Source of the DNA: Candidatus Poribacteria bacterium
Lineage (GTDB): Bacteria > Poribacteria > WGA-4E > PCPOR2b
Direction: 5' to 3'
NCBI GenBank assembly: GCA_965218095.1
Contig: OZ244587.1
Coordinates: 3,360,001 to 3,424,000 of the forward strand
DNA length: 64,000 nucleotides
Shown here: in pieces, positions 9,586-19,806 of the stretch
Layout: the number at the start of each line of letters is the position of its first letter
How positions within the stretch are numbered: position 1 is the stretch's first letter
The notes under the pieces: model-generated
What the model was told of the DNA's origin: nothing
The model's database searches: none
What the model saw: the letters and a program-made list of their open reading frames with translations, nothing else
Translations under genes and position numbers: made by a program

Positions 9586-10758
9586 ATGTTCTATCCAGCG
9601 TATCTGAACCTCCAAAATCGTAAGTGCCTCGTTGTAGGCACGGGGCTTGTCGCCGAACGAAAAGTGCTCTCTCTGCTCCGCAGCGGCGGAGATGTAACGT
9701 TAATCAGCCCCGAAGCAACGCAGAACAATGCTGACTTGGCACGAAGCAATCAGATAATCTGGCATAAACGCCAGTTTCAGCCCGGCGATACGGAAGGGAT
9801 GTTCCTTGTCTGTGCGGCAACCGACCTGCCGGAAATCAACACGCAAGTCTTTAAGGAGGCACACGAAGTATACGGGATCAACCTTGTCAACGTGGTTGAT
9901 GTGATTCCTGAATGCACCTTCGCAGCGGCGTCCGTGATTACGCACGAAGACCTGACGATCAGCATCTCCACAAGCGGTAAAAGCCCAGGATTGTCCAGAC
10001 GCATCCGAGAATATCTCGAAGCAAAGTTCGGCGCGGCATCTCTTTACGATGAATCGTCTGAGGCAAATTTCACCCCGTCTCTTAAAGACCACGGTCTTCC
10101 GTACCCGGTCTATTTTTTATTGGAGAATCGTCATTGTGTCGTGATCAGTGATTCGGAGAAGATGCGGGAACCCCTCGCGCAAAGATTAGACCTACTGCTG
10201 CGTTGTGGTGCATCTATTGACCACATTGCCCTGACCCCTGACAATCTGGAACGCGTGTCAGGCGCCTTTCTTGTGTTAGTTGACGATTTTGAGTCCGAAG
10301 ATTCTGACTTCGCCGCCCTCGGTCAGCGTCAATTGATTGAATTCATCAACGCTCCAGAGCTTGGAACATTTACCACGCCGTTTCTGGTAAGAGATGGCGA
10401 GCTGATTATCAGCATTTCCGCCAATCATATTCAGGAGACTGACGCAGGCGTAGCCGGAGGATGTAGAATCGAATTTGTACAAACCCAGCTTGCCCATCAG
10501 TTTGAAAATAACGGTTATGGGGAGTTTATCGATTTTCTCGGTTCGCTACGACCTACAGTAATGGAATCTATCCCAACTCAGAAAGGTCGCCAGCGATACT
10601 TCGATCACCTCATCGATCAGATCCCTGGACATGAAGGACAGAAGTGCTGCTTAGGCTTTGAAGACCCTAACTGTGCGGTCGGATGCACTTTCAATATGAT
10701 TCGGAGCGGGCAAACCGACGCTGCTTGTCAATATGCCCTTCAACGGATCAGCGGATAA
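9586..10758 (+). CDS. Precorrin-2 dehydrogenase/sirohydrochlorin ferrochelatase (SirC/Met8-like) with internally duplicated domain
   Basis: YPAYLNLQNRKCLVVGTGLVAERK, VNVVD and ISTSGKSP; a second degenerate copy starts at YPVYFLLENRHCVVI. Confidence 0.8.
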   Translation: MFYPAYLNLQNRKCLVVGTGLVAERKVLSLLRSGGDVTLISPEATQNNADLARSNQIIWHKRQFQPGDTEGMFLVCAATDLPEINTQVFKEAHEVYGINLVNVVDVIPECTFAAASVITHEDLTISISTSGKSPGLSRRIREYLEAKFGAASLYDESSEANFTPSLKDHGLPYPVYFLLENRHCVVISDSEKMREPLAQRLDLLLRCGASIDHIALTPDNLERVSGAFLVLVDDFESEDSDFAALGQRQLIEFINAPELGTFTTPFLVRDGELIISISANHIQETDAGVAGGCRIEFVQTQLAHQFENNGYGEFIDFLGSLRPTVMESIPTQKGRQRYFDHLIDQIPGHEGQKCCLGFEDPNCAVGCTFNMIRSGQTDAACQYALQRISG

Positions 10759-10796
10759 ATTTTTGAACAAATGCGCTTCTTACATTTAATATCTCA

Positions 10797-11612
10797 ATGA
10801 ATTCACTATTTTTTCACACGCTTTTGCTGGTCTATTTGGCGGGGTGTATACTTCACATTCTTTTCCTCACAACAGGGAATCGAATGGTCGCAAAATTCGC
10901 CTACTGGCTGACGACAGGAGGATTTGTGCTGCACTCGGTCTTTATCCTCCTGCGCTGGCGGTATGCGGGACACCTGATGGCGCATTGGTATGACTCAACC
11001 TCCTTCCTAGCGTGGGCGATTATCTTGATTTACCTATGCATCGCACACCTAACCCACCTCCGCACGATCGGGGTTTTTGTTGTTCCCGCTGCGTTTATAG
11101 CCACCTTAGTCGCTTACACGCTACAAACTCAGGAAAATACTGCGATTCCCGCACATCTGCAAAACTACTGGCTCATTGCCCATTCTTCCGTTATTTTTCT
11201 ATCTTATGCCGCATTCATCGCTGCCTTTGGATTTGGACTGATGTACCTAATTGAAGAAAAGAAAATTCGTGAGAAACAGCACACGCTCATCTACAATCTC
11301 CTGCCCGCGCTTGGACGCTCTGACGAACTCGGTCACAAGTGCATCCTCGTTGGCGTGATCTTGATGACGATGGGCATTCTCATTGGGGTACTTTGGACGC
11401 AGTATGTTAAAGAAGTCAAATGGACATGGATCGATTCAAAGGTTATCTTCACAATCGCCACATGGCTTATCTATGTGTTACAACTCGGCATCCGCCAAGT
11501 TCTCGGCTGGCGCGGACGCAAAACCGCCTATTCCGCAATCATCGGTCTTACCGCCGTGTTGTTTACCTATGTAGGCGTTAATCTCTTTTTACCTAGCATA
11601 CACGCATTCTAA
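10797..11612 (+). CDS. Cytochrome c assembly family membrane protein (CcsA/HemX-like)
   Basis: About 8 TM segments; WLIAH, WxWIDSK and GWRGRK motifs; lies directly before hemA. Confidence 0.85.
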   Translation: MNSLFFHTLLLVYLAGCILHILFLTTGNRMVAKFAYWLTTGGFVLHSVFILLRWRYAGHLMAHWYDSTSFLAWAIILIYLCIAHLTHLRTIGVFVVPAAFIATLVAYTLQTQENTAIPAHLQNYWLIAHSSVIFLSYAAFIAAFGFGLMYLIEEKKIREKQHTLIYNLLPALGRSDELGHKCILVGVILMTMGILIGVLWTQYVKEVKWTWIDSKVIFTIATWLIYVLQLGIRQVLGWRGRKTAYSAIIGLTAVLFTYVGVNLFLPSIHAF

Positions 11613-11616
11613 GCAG

Positions 11617-12939
11617 ATGAACCCAATTGTCATTGTCGGTACTAGTCATCATATTGCACCGCTCGATTTTCGAGAACGGTTGTCGTTTTCTGAAGGCCAG
11701 CTTGCAGAGGCTTTCCAACTTTTAAGGGAACATCCCGATGTTCGGGAAGCCACGATTCTTTCGACTTGTAACCGTGTCGAAGTCTGTGCTGTGACCCACG
11801 GCAAAAACGGTTGTGCCGTTCTCTCCGATTTCCTTTCAGATTACCATCAAATCGAGTCGCAACAACTCAACAAGTTTACATATAGTCATCAAAATCTTGA
11901 TGCCATTCGTCATATCTTCAATGTAACTGCAAGCCTCGATTCCATGATTATCGGCGAACCACAGATTCTCGGTCAGGTGAAAGAGGCGTACGCTCAATCA
12001 CTCTCTGCTGGAACAACCGGCGATATTCTGAACCGCCTATTTGCCAAAGCGATAAGCGTCGGAAAACGAGTTCGCACCGAAACCAATATTGCCTCTGGTG
12101 CAGTATCCATCAGTTACGCAGCAGTTGAACTTGCCAAGAAAATCTTTCAAAGTCTGGAAGATAAAACGGTTGCCATTATCGGTGCCGGCGAGATGAGTGA
12201 ATTAACGGCGCAGCACCTTGTGAAGAACAACGTTTCCAAGGTCATCGTAGCGAACCGAACATATCAGCGTGCAGTCAACATCGCCAAAAGATTTAACGGG
12301 ATTCCCCTGACGTACGACACTGACCTGAGTTTCCTCGTTGAAGCAGACATCGTGATCAGCTCGACCGACGCACCGCATTATCTGATCCACCGGGATTCAC
12401 TTGCCGAAATTATGAAACAGCGGAAGCATCGCTATATGTTCCTGATCGACATCGCTGTGCCTCGTGATATCGACCCTGAAGTGAGCAAAGTAGATAATGC
12501 CTTCCTGTATAACATTGATGACCTTGAGACGGTGGTTGCCTCCAACCTCAAAGACCGACAACAGGAAGCGGAGATTGCAGCACAGATTGTCAAAGAAGAA
12601 GTTGCAAAATTTCAGTCACAGTTGCAAATCTTTCAAGTCAACCCAACGATCAAGGCACTCCATCAGCAGTTTCAGCAGGTTGCTTCAAAAGAGTTGGGAA
12701 TCTATCTTGACAAAGCGAATCTGACCCCTAAACAGCAAAAGATGGTTGAAGCTATGACGCAATCAATTATCAAAAAATTGTTGCATCAACCGACGAAAAA
12801 TTTGCGTCAGGTCGCTTTGGATCCCGATCTTACCGAGGCAGTCAATGATACCGATGGCGAGCATGTGCAGTATGTCCGCGTGCTGAAGGAATTGTTTGGT
12901 TTGGAAAAGGTGGCAAATGCGAAAGATACAGAAGATTAA
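11617..12939 (+). CDS. hemA: Glutamyl-tRNA reductase
   Basis: STCNRVE, LDSMIIGEPQILGQVK, IGAGEM and IDIAVPRDID motifs. Confidence 0.97.
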   Translation: MNPIVIVGTSHHIAPLDFRERLSFSEGQLAEAFQLLREHPDVREATILSTCNRVEVCAVTHGKNGCAVLSDFLSDYHQIESQQLNKFTYSHQNLDAIRHIFNVTASLDSMIIGEPQILGQVKEAYAQSLSAGTTGDILNRLFAKAISVGKRVRTETNIASGAVSISYAAVELAKKIFQSLEDKTVAIIGAGEMSELTAQHLVKNNVSKVIVANRTYQRAVNIAKRFNGIPLTYDTDLSFLVEADIVISSTDAPHYLIHRDSLAEIMKQRKHRYMFLIDIAVPRDIDPEVSKVDNAFLYNIDDLETVVASNLKDRQQEAEIAAQIVKEEVAKFQSQLQIFQVNPTIKALHQQFQQVASKELGIYLDKANLTPKQQKMVEAMTQSIIKKLLHQPTKNLRQVALDPDLTEAVNDTDGEHVQYVRVLKELFGLEKVANAKDTED

Positions 12940-12945
12940 AAAGAT

Positions 12946-13785
12946 ATGATACGGACGGATGTAATTGACCTGATTTTCAAAATCGCCGGATCGGAAAATG
13001 CTTTCGATATTCTGGAAGGAAAATTTGCAGAAATCACGAAGAGCGAGTTGAGTTCAAGTCTGTTAGGATGTGGAGTTATCCCTGAGTTATTGGAACACGA
13101 TTCATCAGAAGAAAAGCTGTGGGCCAAATACTGTGACATCCTATTAGCGCAAACATGGACCTATTTGTCTATTCCTGCCGAAGTTTTAAGGGCAAGAGGT
13201 GACTCTGCTGACGTTTTCGGGAGAACTCATAACTACAGCATTGTTGGTGATGCCAAAGCATTCCGCCTGAGTTGTACAGCGAAAAATCAGAAGGACTTTA
13301 AGGTGCAAGCACTGAATGATTGGCGTAAAAGTAATACATACGCTTGTCTTGTATCACCACTTTATCAATATCCTCAGCGAGGAAGCCAAATTTACGAGCA
13401 AGCAATTGAGCGAAATGTCACGCTGTTATCGTATACCCATCTCAAATTTCTACTTGATTACGCTAATGGACAAAATTTCGATTCCCTTTGGCAGATAGGT
13501 AGTGAGCTACCAAGGAGCAAAAACGCCCAACAGTATTGGGAAGCGATTGATAAAACAGCGCGCGAAATCGCTGGTGAAAGCGAGGAAACACTCAACAGTT
13601 ATAAGCAGAGGACAATTGATAAAATTAAACAACTCGGTAAAGAGGGCATTGATTACTGGGAGACAAGAATAGCTGCTTATAAGAAATTGTCTCAAGAAGA
13701 AGCAGTAGCAAAACTGATTAAGGCAGAAAAAGTTGAAGCTAAGATCTGGACAATAAAAAAGGCGATTGACATTCTTCAATCGTAA
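12946..13785 (+). CDS. Type II restriction endonuclease, HindIII-like
   Basis: HDSSEEKL, ADV...DAKAFRLS.TAKNQKDFKV (PD-(D/E)xK core); adjacent to an MTase. Confidence 0.8.
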   Translation: MIRTDVIDLIFKIAGSENAFDILEGKFAEITKSELSSSLLGCGVIPELLEHDSSEEKLWAKYCDILLAQTWTYLSIPAEVLRARGDSADVFGRTHNYSIVGDAKAFRLSCTAKNQKDFKVQALNDWRKSNTYACLVSPLYQYPQRGSQIYEQAIERNVTLLSYTHLKFLLDYANGQNFDSLWQIGSELPRSKNAQQYWEAIDKTAREIAGESEETLNSYKQRTIDKIKQLGKEGIDYWETRIAAYKKLSQEEAVAKLIKAEKVEAKIWTIKKAIDILQS

Positions 13786-13793
13786 AAAACCTG

Positions 13794-14720
13794 ATGGACA
13801 CACTGCTTGATAAAATTATCCGAGGCGATTGTATAGATTGGCTCCCCAAAATTCCACCAGAATCCGTTCACCTCTTCCTCTCGGATATACCCTACGGTAT
13901 AGGATTGGACGATTGGGATGTTCTACACAATAACACAAATTCCGCTTATCTCGGTCAGTCCCCGGCACAACATGGCAAAAGTGGTTTCAAAAGGAGGGGA
14001 AAACCGATTCGGGGATGGAATGCCGCCGACAGGAACATTGTCAGAGATTATCAAAAATGGTGTGACCAGTGGGCGCAACTCGCTTACCCTATCATGAAAA
14101 AAGGGGCAAGCTTATTTGTGTTTGGCGCACGTCGAACGATTCACAGAGCGATTGTCGCGCTTGAGGATGCCGGTTTTCTGCTTCGTGATATTCTGATTTG
14201 GAAAAAGGATTCTGCCCACCACCGGAGCCAGCGTCTGGAAATCGTCCTAGACAGAAGGGGAGAAGAAAAATTAGCAGAAAAGTGGAAGGGCTGGCGGATA
14301 GGCAATTTAGCACCGATCTACGAACCGATTGCATGGCTGTTTAAGCCGTATGACCACACAATCACTGACAATATCATCGAAAACGAAGTTGGAGGGATGA
14401 ACGTCGCCGAATGTCTGATCAACGGCAAAAGTCCTACCAATGTGTTAGAGATTGACTTTCGCGCCAATGAAACACGGGTACATGAAGCGCAAAAACCCGT
14501 TGCTCTAATGGAATACCTCATCAGACTCACAACGCTCGATAATCAGGTTGTATTGGATCCCTTTATCGGCAGTGGGACAACCGCAATCGCATGTCGCAGT
14601 TTGAACCGAAGATTTATCGGTTTCGAGATTAACGAGTCCTATTATCAGAATGCCCTCCACCGGTTGGAAACCGAAACGCGGCAATTGCGGTTTCTACGCG
14701 AGTCGACTGGGTGCGATTGA
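13794..14720 (+). CDS. Site-specific DNA methyltransferase (beta class, N6/N4)
   Basis: DIPY motif IV is N-terminal; HEAQKP and VLDPFIGSGTT (motif I) are C-terminal. Confidence 0.9.
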   Translation: MDTLLDKIIRGDCIDWLPKIPPESVHLFLSDIPYGIGLDDWDVLHNNTNSAYLGQSPAQHGKSGFKRRGKPIRGWNAADRNIVRDYQKWCDQWAQLAYPIMKKGASLFVFGARRTIHRAIVALEDAGFLLRDILIWKKDSAHHRSQRLEIVLDRRGEEKLAEKWKGWRIGNLAPIYEPIAWLFKPYDHTITDNIIENEVGGMNVAECLINGKSPTNVLEIDFRANETRVHEAQKPVALMEYLIRLTTLDNQVVLDPFIGSGTTAIACRSLNRRFIGFEINESYYQNALHRLETETRQLRFLRESTGCD

Positions 14721-14747
14721 ACGGTCAGGAGATTCGTTGGAGTCCAC

Positions 14748-15689
14748 ATGAAGCAAACTATCACCATCGGTACACGCGGCAGCCAACTTGCCCTCTGGCA
14801 GGCAGACTATGTGAGAAAGCGTCTGCATCATCACTTTCCCGACCGCTTGATTGAACGCAAGGTCATCAAAACAACGGGGGACAAAATTCGAGACCGTTCC
14901 CTCGTCGGACTCGGCAAAGGGGTCTTTACAAAGGAGATCGAAATCGCACTTTTGGACGGCACAATCGATCTCGCTGTCCACAGCATGAAAGACCTGCCGA
15001 CAGATCTGCCCGACGGGCTTTGTATCGCCGCTATCCCTGTACGTGAAGATCCCCGCGATGTGCTGGTCACCCAATCTGGACTGCTCCTCAATCAACTCCC
15101 AAAAGGAGCGAAAATTGGAACGACAAGCCCACGTCGAAAATCTCAGTTTCTACACTTACGTTCTGATTTGCAGGTTGTGGATGTCCGCGGAAATCTTGAT
15201 ACGCGCCTTCGTAAACTGCATGAAACAGAACTTGATGGAATTATCCTTGCTGCGGCGGGTATTAAACGGCTGATCGGTGAAGAAATCATTACGGAGTATT
15301 TTGAGGCAGATCGGCTGGTTCCCGCTGCCGGGCAAGGGGCATTGGGGGTAGAAGTGCGCGAAGATGACCTTGAAATCAAGACATTGTTAGACGCAATTAA
15401 CGATAGCTCTAGCGAAACTGAGGTGCTTGTGGAAAGGGCTGTGTTGCAAGAATTGGGCGGTGGGTGTCAAGTTCCGATTGGCGTAAACGCACGGCTGAGG
15501 GACGATAGGCTTCATCTAATTGCCACCGTTTGCAGCCCCGACGGAAAGCATCGCATCCTTGAGCGGCTATCGAGTTGCTTTGAATCCCGATCTTATCGGG
15601 GCGATTCGGTGTGTGCTCAAGAGTTGGGGGTCAACCTTGTGACAAAGCTGATTCAGAGTGGCGCGAGCAAACTTCAAAGTAAAACGTGA
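14748..15689 (+). CDS. hemC: Hydroxymethylbilane synthase
   Basis: IGTRGSQLALWQA, FTKEIE, AVHSMKD, RGNLDTRL and LGGGCQVP motifs. Confidence 0.97.
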   Translation: MKQTITIGTRGSQLALWQADYVRKRLHHHFPDRLIERKVIKTTGDKIRDRSLVGLGKGVFTKEIEIALLDGTIDLAVHSMKDLPTDLPDGLCIAAIPVREDPRDVLVTQSGLLLNQLPKGAKIGTTSPRRKSQFLHLRSDLQVVDVRGNLDTRLRKLHETELDGIILAAAGIKRLIGEEIITEYFEADRLVPAAGQGALGVEVREDDLEIKTLLDAINDSSSETEVLVERAVLQELGGGCQVPIGVNARLRDDRLHLIATVCSPDGKHRILERLSSCFESRSYRGDSVCAQELGVNLVTKLIQSGASKLQSKT

Positions 15690-15745
15690 AACGTAAAAAG
15701 ATCTTACGTTTTACGCATTACGTTTTACGCATTACGCATTACGTA
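15680..15745. repeat. Heptamer tandem repeats in inverted arrangement (GTGAAAC/GTAAAA ... TTTTACG/CATTACG)
   Basis: Direct reading. Related arrays occur near 3450, 19790, 21955, 23900, 24660, 37550, 39120 and 42225. Confidence 0.75.
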
Positions 15746-15756
15746 AAGCATGAATC

Positions 15757-17277
15757 ATGTCTGCCAAATGTGGTAAAGTCTACCTTGTTGGGGCAGGTCC
15801 GGGCGATCAGAAACTGATTACGCTCAAAGGGATTGAATGCCTCCAACGTGCGGATGTCGTAATCTATGACCTGCTTGTCAACGTCAAACTTCTTGAACAT
15901 TGCCCGTCGCAGACCGAAAAGATCTACGGGGGGAAGATGCCGGGCGAGCAGAAAGAACGTCAAGTCGAGCTCAACGCTCTGATGATTCAGTACGCGAAAG
16001 CTGGAAAAACGGTAGTCCGGCTGAAAGGCGGCGATCCATTCGTCTTCGGGCGTGGCGGCGAGGAGGCGTTGGCGCTTTCAGAAGCGGGGATTGAATTCGA
16101 GATTGTTCCCGGCATCACTGCTGCGATTGCAGCGCCGGCGTATGCAGGCATCCCCATCACGCACCGGGGATACGCCTCGTCTGTCGCGTTTGTCACGGGA
16201 CACTCGGCGTCGCTCGCCCCCGATTCACCGATTGGCTGGGAATGGTTGGCGACGGCGGTTGATACGCTCGTGGTCTACATGGGCGTCGGACATCTTCGCC
16301 AGATTGCAGAACGCTTAATCGCGCATGGGCGTCAACCCGAAACGCCGGTGGCGCTTGTCCATTGGGGAACAACGCCGCAGCAGAAAACCCTTGAAGGGAC
16401 GCTCGTAGACATCGCCGAAAAAGCGGATGCGGCTGATTTTCGTAATCCGGCGGTGATCGTGGTTGGTGAAGTGAACGCTTTGCGCGACCGGCTGCGCTGG
16501 TTTGACCGAAAGCCCCTTTTCTGTCGCCGAATCATTGTCACTCGCGCACGGGCCCAAGCCAGCGACTTCGCCGAACACCTCGAATCTTGCGGCGCCGAAG
16601 TGATCCAATTCCCGACGATTGAAACCCGGCCGATTACCGACAACTCTACATTAGATGAAGCCATTGCTCGGCTTGCGACGTACAATTGGGTTATCTTTAC
16701 CAGCGTCAATGCGGTAGAGTATTTCTACCGCCGTTTGCGAGAAAACGGCAAAGATGCTCGATCACTTGGAAATGCTCAGATCTGCGCGGTCGGCCCAAAA
16801 ACTGTCACGACGTTAGAACAGATCGGGCTGTGTGCGGATTATGTTCCGTCGCAATCCCGCGGCGCAATTATCGCGGCTGAATTGGAAGATGTGGAAAGGC
16901 AAAAGATCCTGCTCCCTCGCGCCAAGATCGCCGTCGAAGATTTGCCTAATAGCTTGCGCGAAAGGGGCGCGATTGTTGACGCCATCCCGATTTATGATAC
17001 CGTCAGAGCGGATACGGAAAAATGTGAGGAAATCGAAGCCGCCTTGGTAGACGGGCGGATTGACATGGTGACATTTACAAGTTCATCAACCGTCACCAAC
17101 TTTCTGGAGATGTTCGATCCACACCCGCCTGCTGTCTTGCTCGACAAGGTTCACATTGCGGTCATTGGGCCATCAACCGCCGCAACTGCGAGAACGCATG
17201 GATTGACGGTAGACATGGTTGCGAAGAAGGCATCCGTAGAAGCGCTCGCGGAAGAAATTGTCAAGTTCTATACATGA
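15757..17277 (+). CDS. cobA: Uroporphyrinogen-III C-methyltransferase / uroporphyrinogen-III synthase fusion (CobA-HemD)
   Basis: VGAGPGD and VRLKGGDPFVFGRGGEE; HemD half has IIVTRA, FTSVNAV and FTSSSTV. Confidence 0.95.
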   Translation: MSAKCGKVYLVGAGPGDQKLITLKGIECLQRADVVIYDLLVNVKLLEHCPSQTEKIYGGKMPGEQKERQVELNALMIQYAKAGKTVVRLKGGDPFVFGRGGEEALALSEAGIEFEIVPGITAAIAAPAYAGIPITHRGYASSVAFVTGHSASLAPDSPIGWEWLATAVDTLVVYMGVGHLRQIAERLIAHGRQPETPVALVHWGTTPQQKTLEGTLVDIAEKADAADFRNPAVIVVGEVNALRDRLRWFDRKPLFCRRIIVTRARAQASDFAEHLESCGAEVIQFPTIETRPITDNSTLDEAIARLATYNWVIFTSVNAVEYFYRRLRENGKDARSLGNAQICAVGPKTVTTLEQIGLCADYVPSQSRGAIIAAELEDVERQKILLPRAKIAVEDLPNSLRERGAIVDAIPIYDTVRADTEKCEEIEAALVDGRIDMVTFTSSSTVTNFLEMFDPHPPAVLLDKVHIAVIGPSTAATARTHGLTVDMVAKKASVEALAEEIVKFYT

Positions 17278-17291
17278 AAGGAGAAGCAAAC

Positions 17292-17738
17292 ATGAATCGG
17301 AAAAGAGTCAAAATCATTATTGCGAGTCTTATCTTATCTGCTGCAATGACGTTCCTGTTCGTCGCAGGAGTGAAGAACACAAGTATGCGGCACTTCACGC
17401 CCAATGCGCTCATTGCACACGCGCAAGAGGTTGACAATAAGGGCATCCAAGTAGATGGGTTGATTTCGGAAGGTACAACCCAATGGGACCCAACAAAGTT
17501 TCAACTCACCTTTGCGGTGCGAGATCAAGAAGGCACAGCAAAAGTCAACGTCCTCTATGCAAATAGACTCAGACCTGACAACTTCAAAGATGGTGGAAAC
17601 GTCTTTGTTCAAGGGAAATATAACGCAGCGGAAAATCTCATCGTTGCCTCCAAACTCCAAACGAAGTGCGCGTCGAAATATGAGGCGGCTGAAAGGGCTA
17701 CAGCGCAAGCTAGTGGGGCAAGTGAACGCGATTATTAG
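17292..17738 (+). CDS. ccmE: Heme chaperone CcmE (CxxxY variant)
   Basis: N-terminal TM, PDNFKDG and KCASKY. Confidence 0.9.
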   Translation: MNRKRVKIIIASLILSAAMTFLFVAGVKNTSMRHFTPNALIAHAQEVDNKGIQVDGLISEGTTQWDPTKFQLTFAVRDQEGTAKVNVLYANRLRPDNFKDGGNVFVQGKYNAAENLIVASKLQTKCASKYEAAERATAQASGASERDY

Positions 17739-17774
17739 CCATCTCGAATGACAAACGGTAGGAATAGATAAACT

Positions 17775-19793
17775 ATGGCAGAATTGGGGCAAGCGGCAAT
17801 ATATCTTTCAGTTTTTTCCTGTCTGTGGGCAATGGCGATGCTCTGGATGGGATTGCGTCATAAAAACTACAACGCAGTCCTCAGCGGACGCAACAGCGTC
17901 GTCGGGACGTTCGCTTTAATAACGCTTGCAGCCGGCGCATTGATCTATAGCTTTGTGACAAACGACTTCTCAATGAAATACGTCGTCGAGGTATCGAGCT
18001 ATGATCAGCCACTGTTGTACAAGGTTACGGCGTTGTGGGGACGGATGTCCGGATCCCTGCTGTTCTGGCTTTGGCTCGTGACACTTTTCGGGGCACTGGT
18101 TGTATGGACAAACCGACGTGCAAGCGACCATCTCGCCGATTATGCACTCATTCCGATCTCAATCGTGCAGCTCTTTTTCATCATTCTCGTGACTGGTCTA
18201 GTCGAAGGCGTCTATAATCCACTGGAGCGGTTTCCGAATGGCATGGTTGCCCGAGACGGTGCCGGAATGAATCCGCTGCTGCAAACACCAAGCATGGTTT
18301 TTCATCCTCCATCGCTTTATGTTGGCTTCGTCAGCCTAACCGTGCCGTTTGCCTTTGCCATTGGTGCCCTTGCCGCTGGAAAGATGGGCAGCGAGTGGAT
18401 TATCCGATCTCGACGATGGATGATGGCATCCTGGCTGGTGTTGACACTCGGCATCATGCTCGGTGGAAATTGGGCGTATCGTGAGCTCGGGTGGGGCGGC
18501 TATTGGGCATGGGATCCGGTCGAAAACGCCTCGTTCATGCCGTGGCTGCTTGGGACCGCCTACCTCCATTCGGTGATAATCCAAGAGAAGCGGAATATGC
18601 TCAAACTCTGGAATATCATCCTGATCACCCTGGCGTTTGAGTTTACGCTGTTGGGAACCTTCATCACCCGTAGCGGGATTATCTCTTCTGTGCACGCATT
18701 CGCGCAATCAGACATTGGGCACTACTTCCTCAGCTTTATCATTCTCTCTGGGCTTGGTGTTGCCTTTCTTATCCATTATCGCTGGAATGACCTGAAAAGC
18801 CCCAATCGACTCGAATCTCTCCTTTCTCGTGAAAGCGCATTCCTCCTAAACAACTGGATGCTTGTGGGGCTGACACTGATTATTCTTTGGGGAACGCTGT
18901 GGCCAATTATCACGGAAGGGGTTACCGGAGCGAAAGTTGCCGTGCCGGAGTCATTCTTCAATCAGGTGGTCATTATTCCCGGACTGCTTCTCTTGTTGTT
19001 GACAGGGGTTGGGCCCATCACCTCATGGAAAAAGTTGACGCCGAGTAATTTCAGACGGATGTTCGCCAAACCGATTGTTTTCGGTGTAGTCGGTGGCATA
19101 CTCACATGGGTATATCTTGCTTTGAAAGGACACGCTGCACCGATCTACTCCGTGCTTTGCGTCTTCGCTAGCGTATTCGTCTTTGCAGCTATCTCTGACG
19201 AATTCTATCGCGGATCAAAATTGAGAGCCAAACGGGGTGAAACTTCCTTCCTTGATGGACTCATTCGGCTCATTCAACGCAACAAACGTCGATACGGCGG
19301 CTACATCGTCCATATCGGTATCGTGATTGTATACATTGGAATTCTGGGGTCTAAAGGCTATTTCCTGTTGGAATCGAAGGGGCTACGACTTGAGGAATCA
19401 ATGGAGGTCGGCAAATACACACTCACGATGCAGGATGCGTTTCAGGAGGAACACCCCAATTTCTCGCTCGGTGGGGTTATCTTAGCTGTTGAAAGGGAGG
19501 GGAAGTCGATAGGGACGATGCGTCCGGCACGTGGATTCTACCACAAAGCGGGACAGGGGGAACAGGATACAATCGAGTCAGCGATACGCCATTTCGGATT
19601 AAACGACCTCTATATTGCATTAGGGCCCCTCCCTGAAAACGTGCCTGCCTATGTGCAATCGGGCGGAATCGTTTCTGTTCAAGTTTACCATAACCCGCTT
19701 GTTAATGTTGTCTGGCTTGGCGTTGCCGTCATGATGATTGGTGGGCTTGTCGCTCTCCTTGAGAAAAGTGAAGTGAATAAAAATGAAGCGTGA
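17775..19793 (+). CDS. ccmF: Heme lyase CcmF
   Basis: GMNPLLQ, HPP, WAYRELGWGGYWAWDPVENAS and SVHAF motifs. Confidence 0.96.
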   Translation: MAELGQAAIYLSVFSCLWAMAMLWMGLRHKNYNAVLSGRNSVVGTFALITLAAGALIYSFVTNDFSMKYVVEVSSYDQPLLYKVTALWGRMSGSLLFWLWLVTLFGALVVWTNRRASDHLADYALIPISIVQLFFIILVTGLVEGVYNPLERFPNGMVARDGAGMNPLLQTPSMVFHPPSLYVGFVSLTVPFAFAIGALAAGKMGSEWIIRSRRWMMASWLVLTLGIMLGGNWAYRELGWGGYWAWDPVENASFMPWLLGTAYLHSVIIQEKRNMLKLWNIILITLAFEFTLLGTFITRSGIISSVHAFAQSDIGHYFLSFIILSGLGVAFLIHYRWNDLKSPNRLESLLSRESAFLLNNWMLVGLTLIILWGTLWPIITEGVTGAKVAVPESFFNQVVIIPGLLLLLLTGVGPITSWKKLTPSNFRRMFAKPIVFGVVGGILTWVYLALKGHAAPIYSVLCVFASVFVFAAISDEFYRGSKLRAKRGETSFLDGLIRLIQRNKRRYGGYIVHIGIVIVYIGILGSKGYFLLESKGLRLEESMEVGKYTLTMQDAFQEEHPNFSLGGVILAVEREGKSIGTMRPARGFYHKAGQGEQDTIESAIRHFGLNDLYIALGPLPENVPAYVQSGGIVSVQVYHNPLVNVVWLGVAVMMIGGLVALLEKSEVNKNEA

Positions 19794-19806
19794 AATGTAA
19801 AACGTA

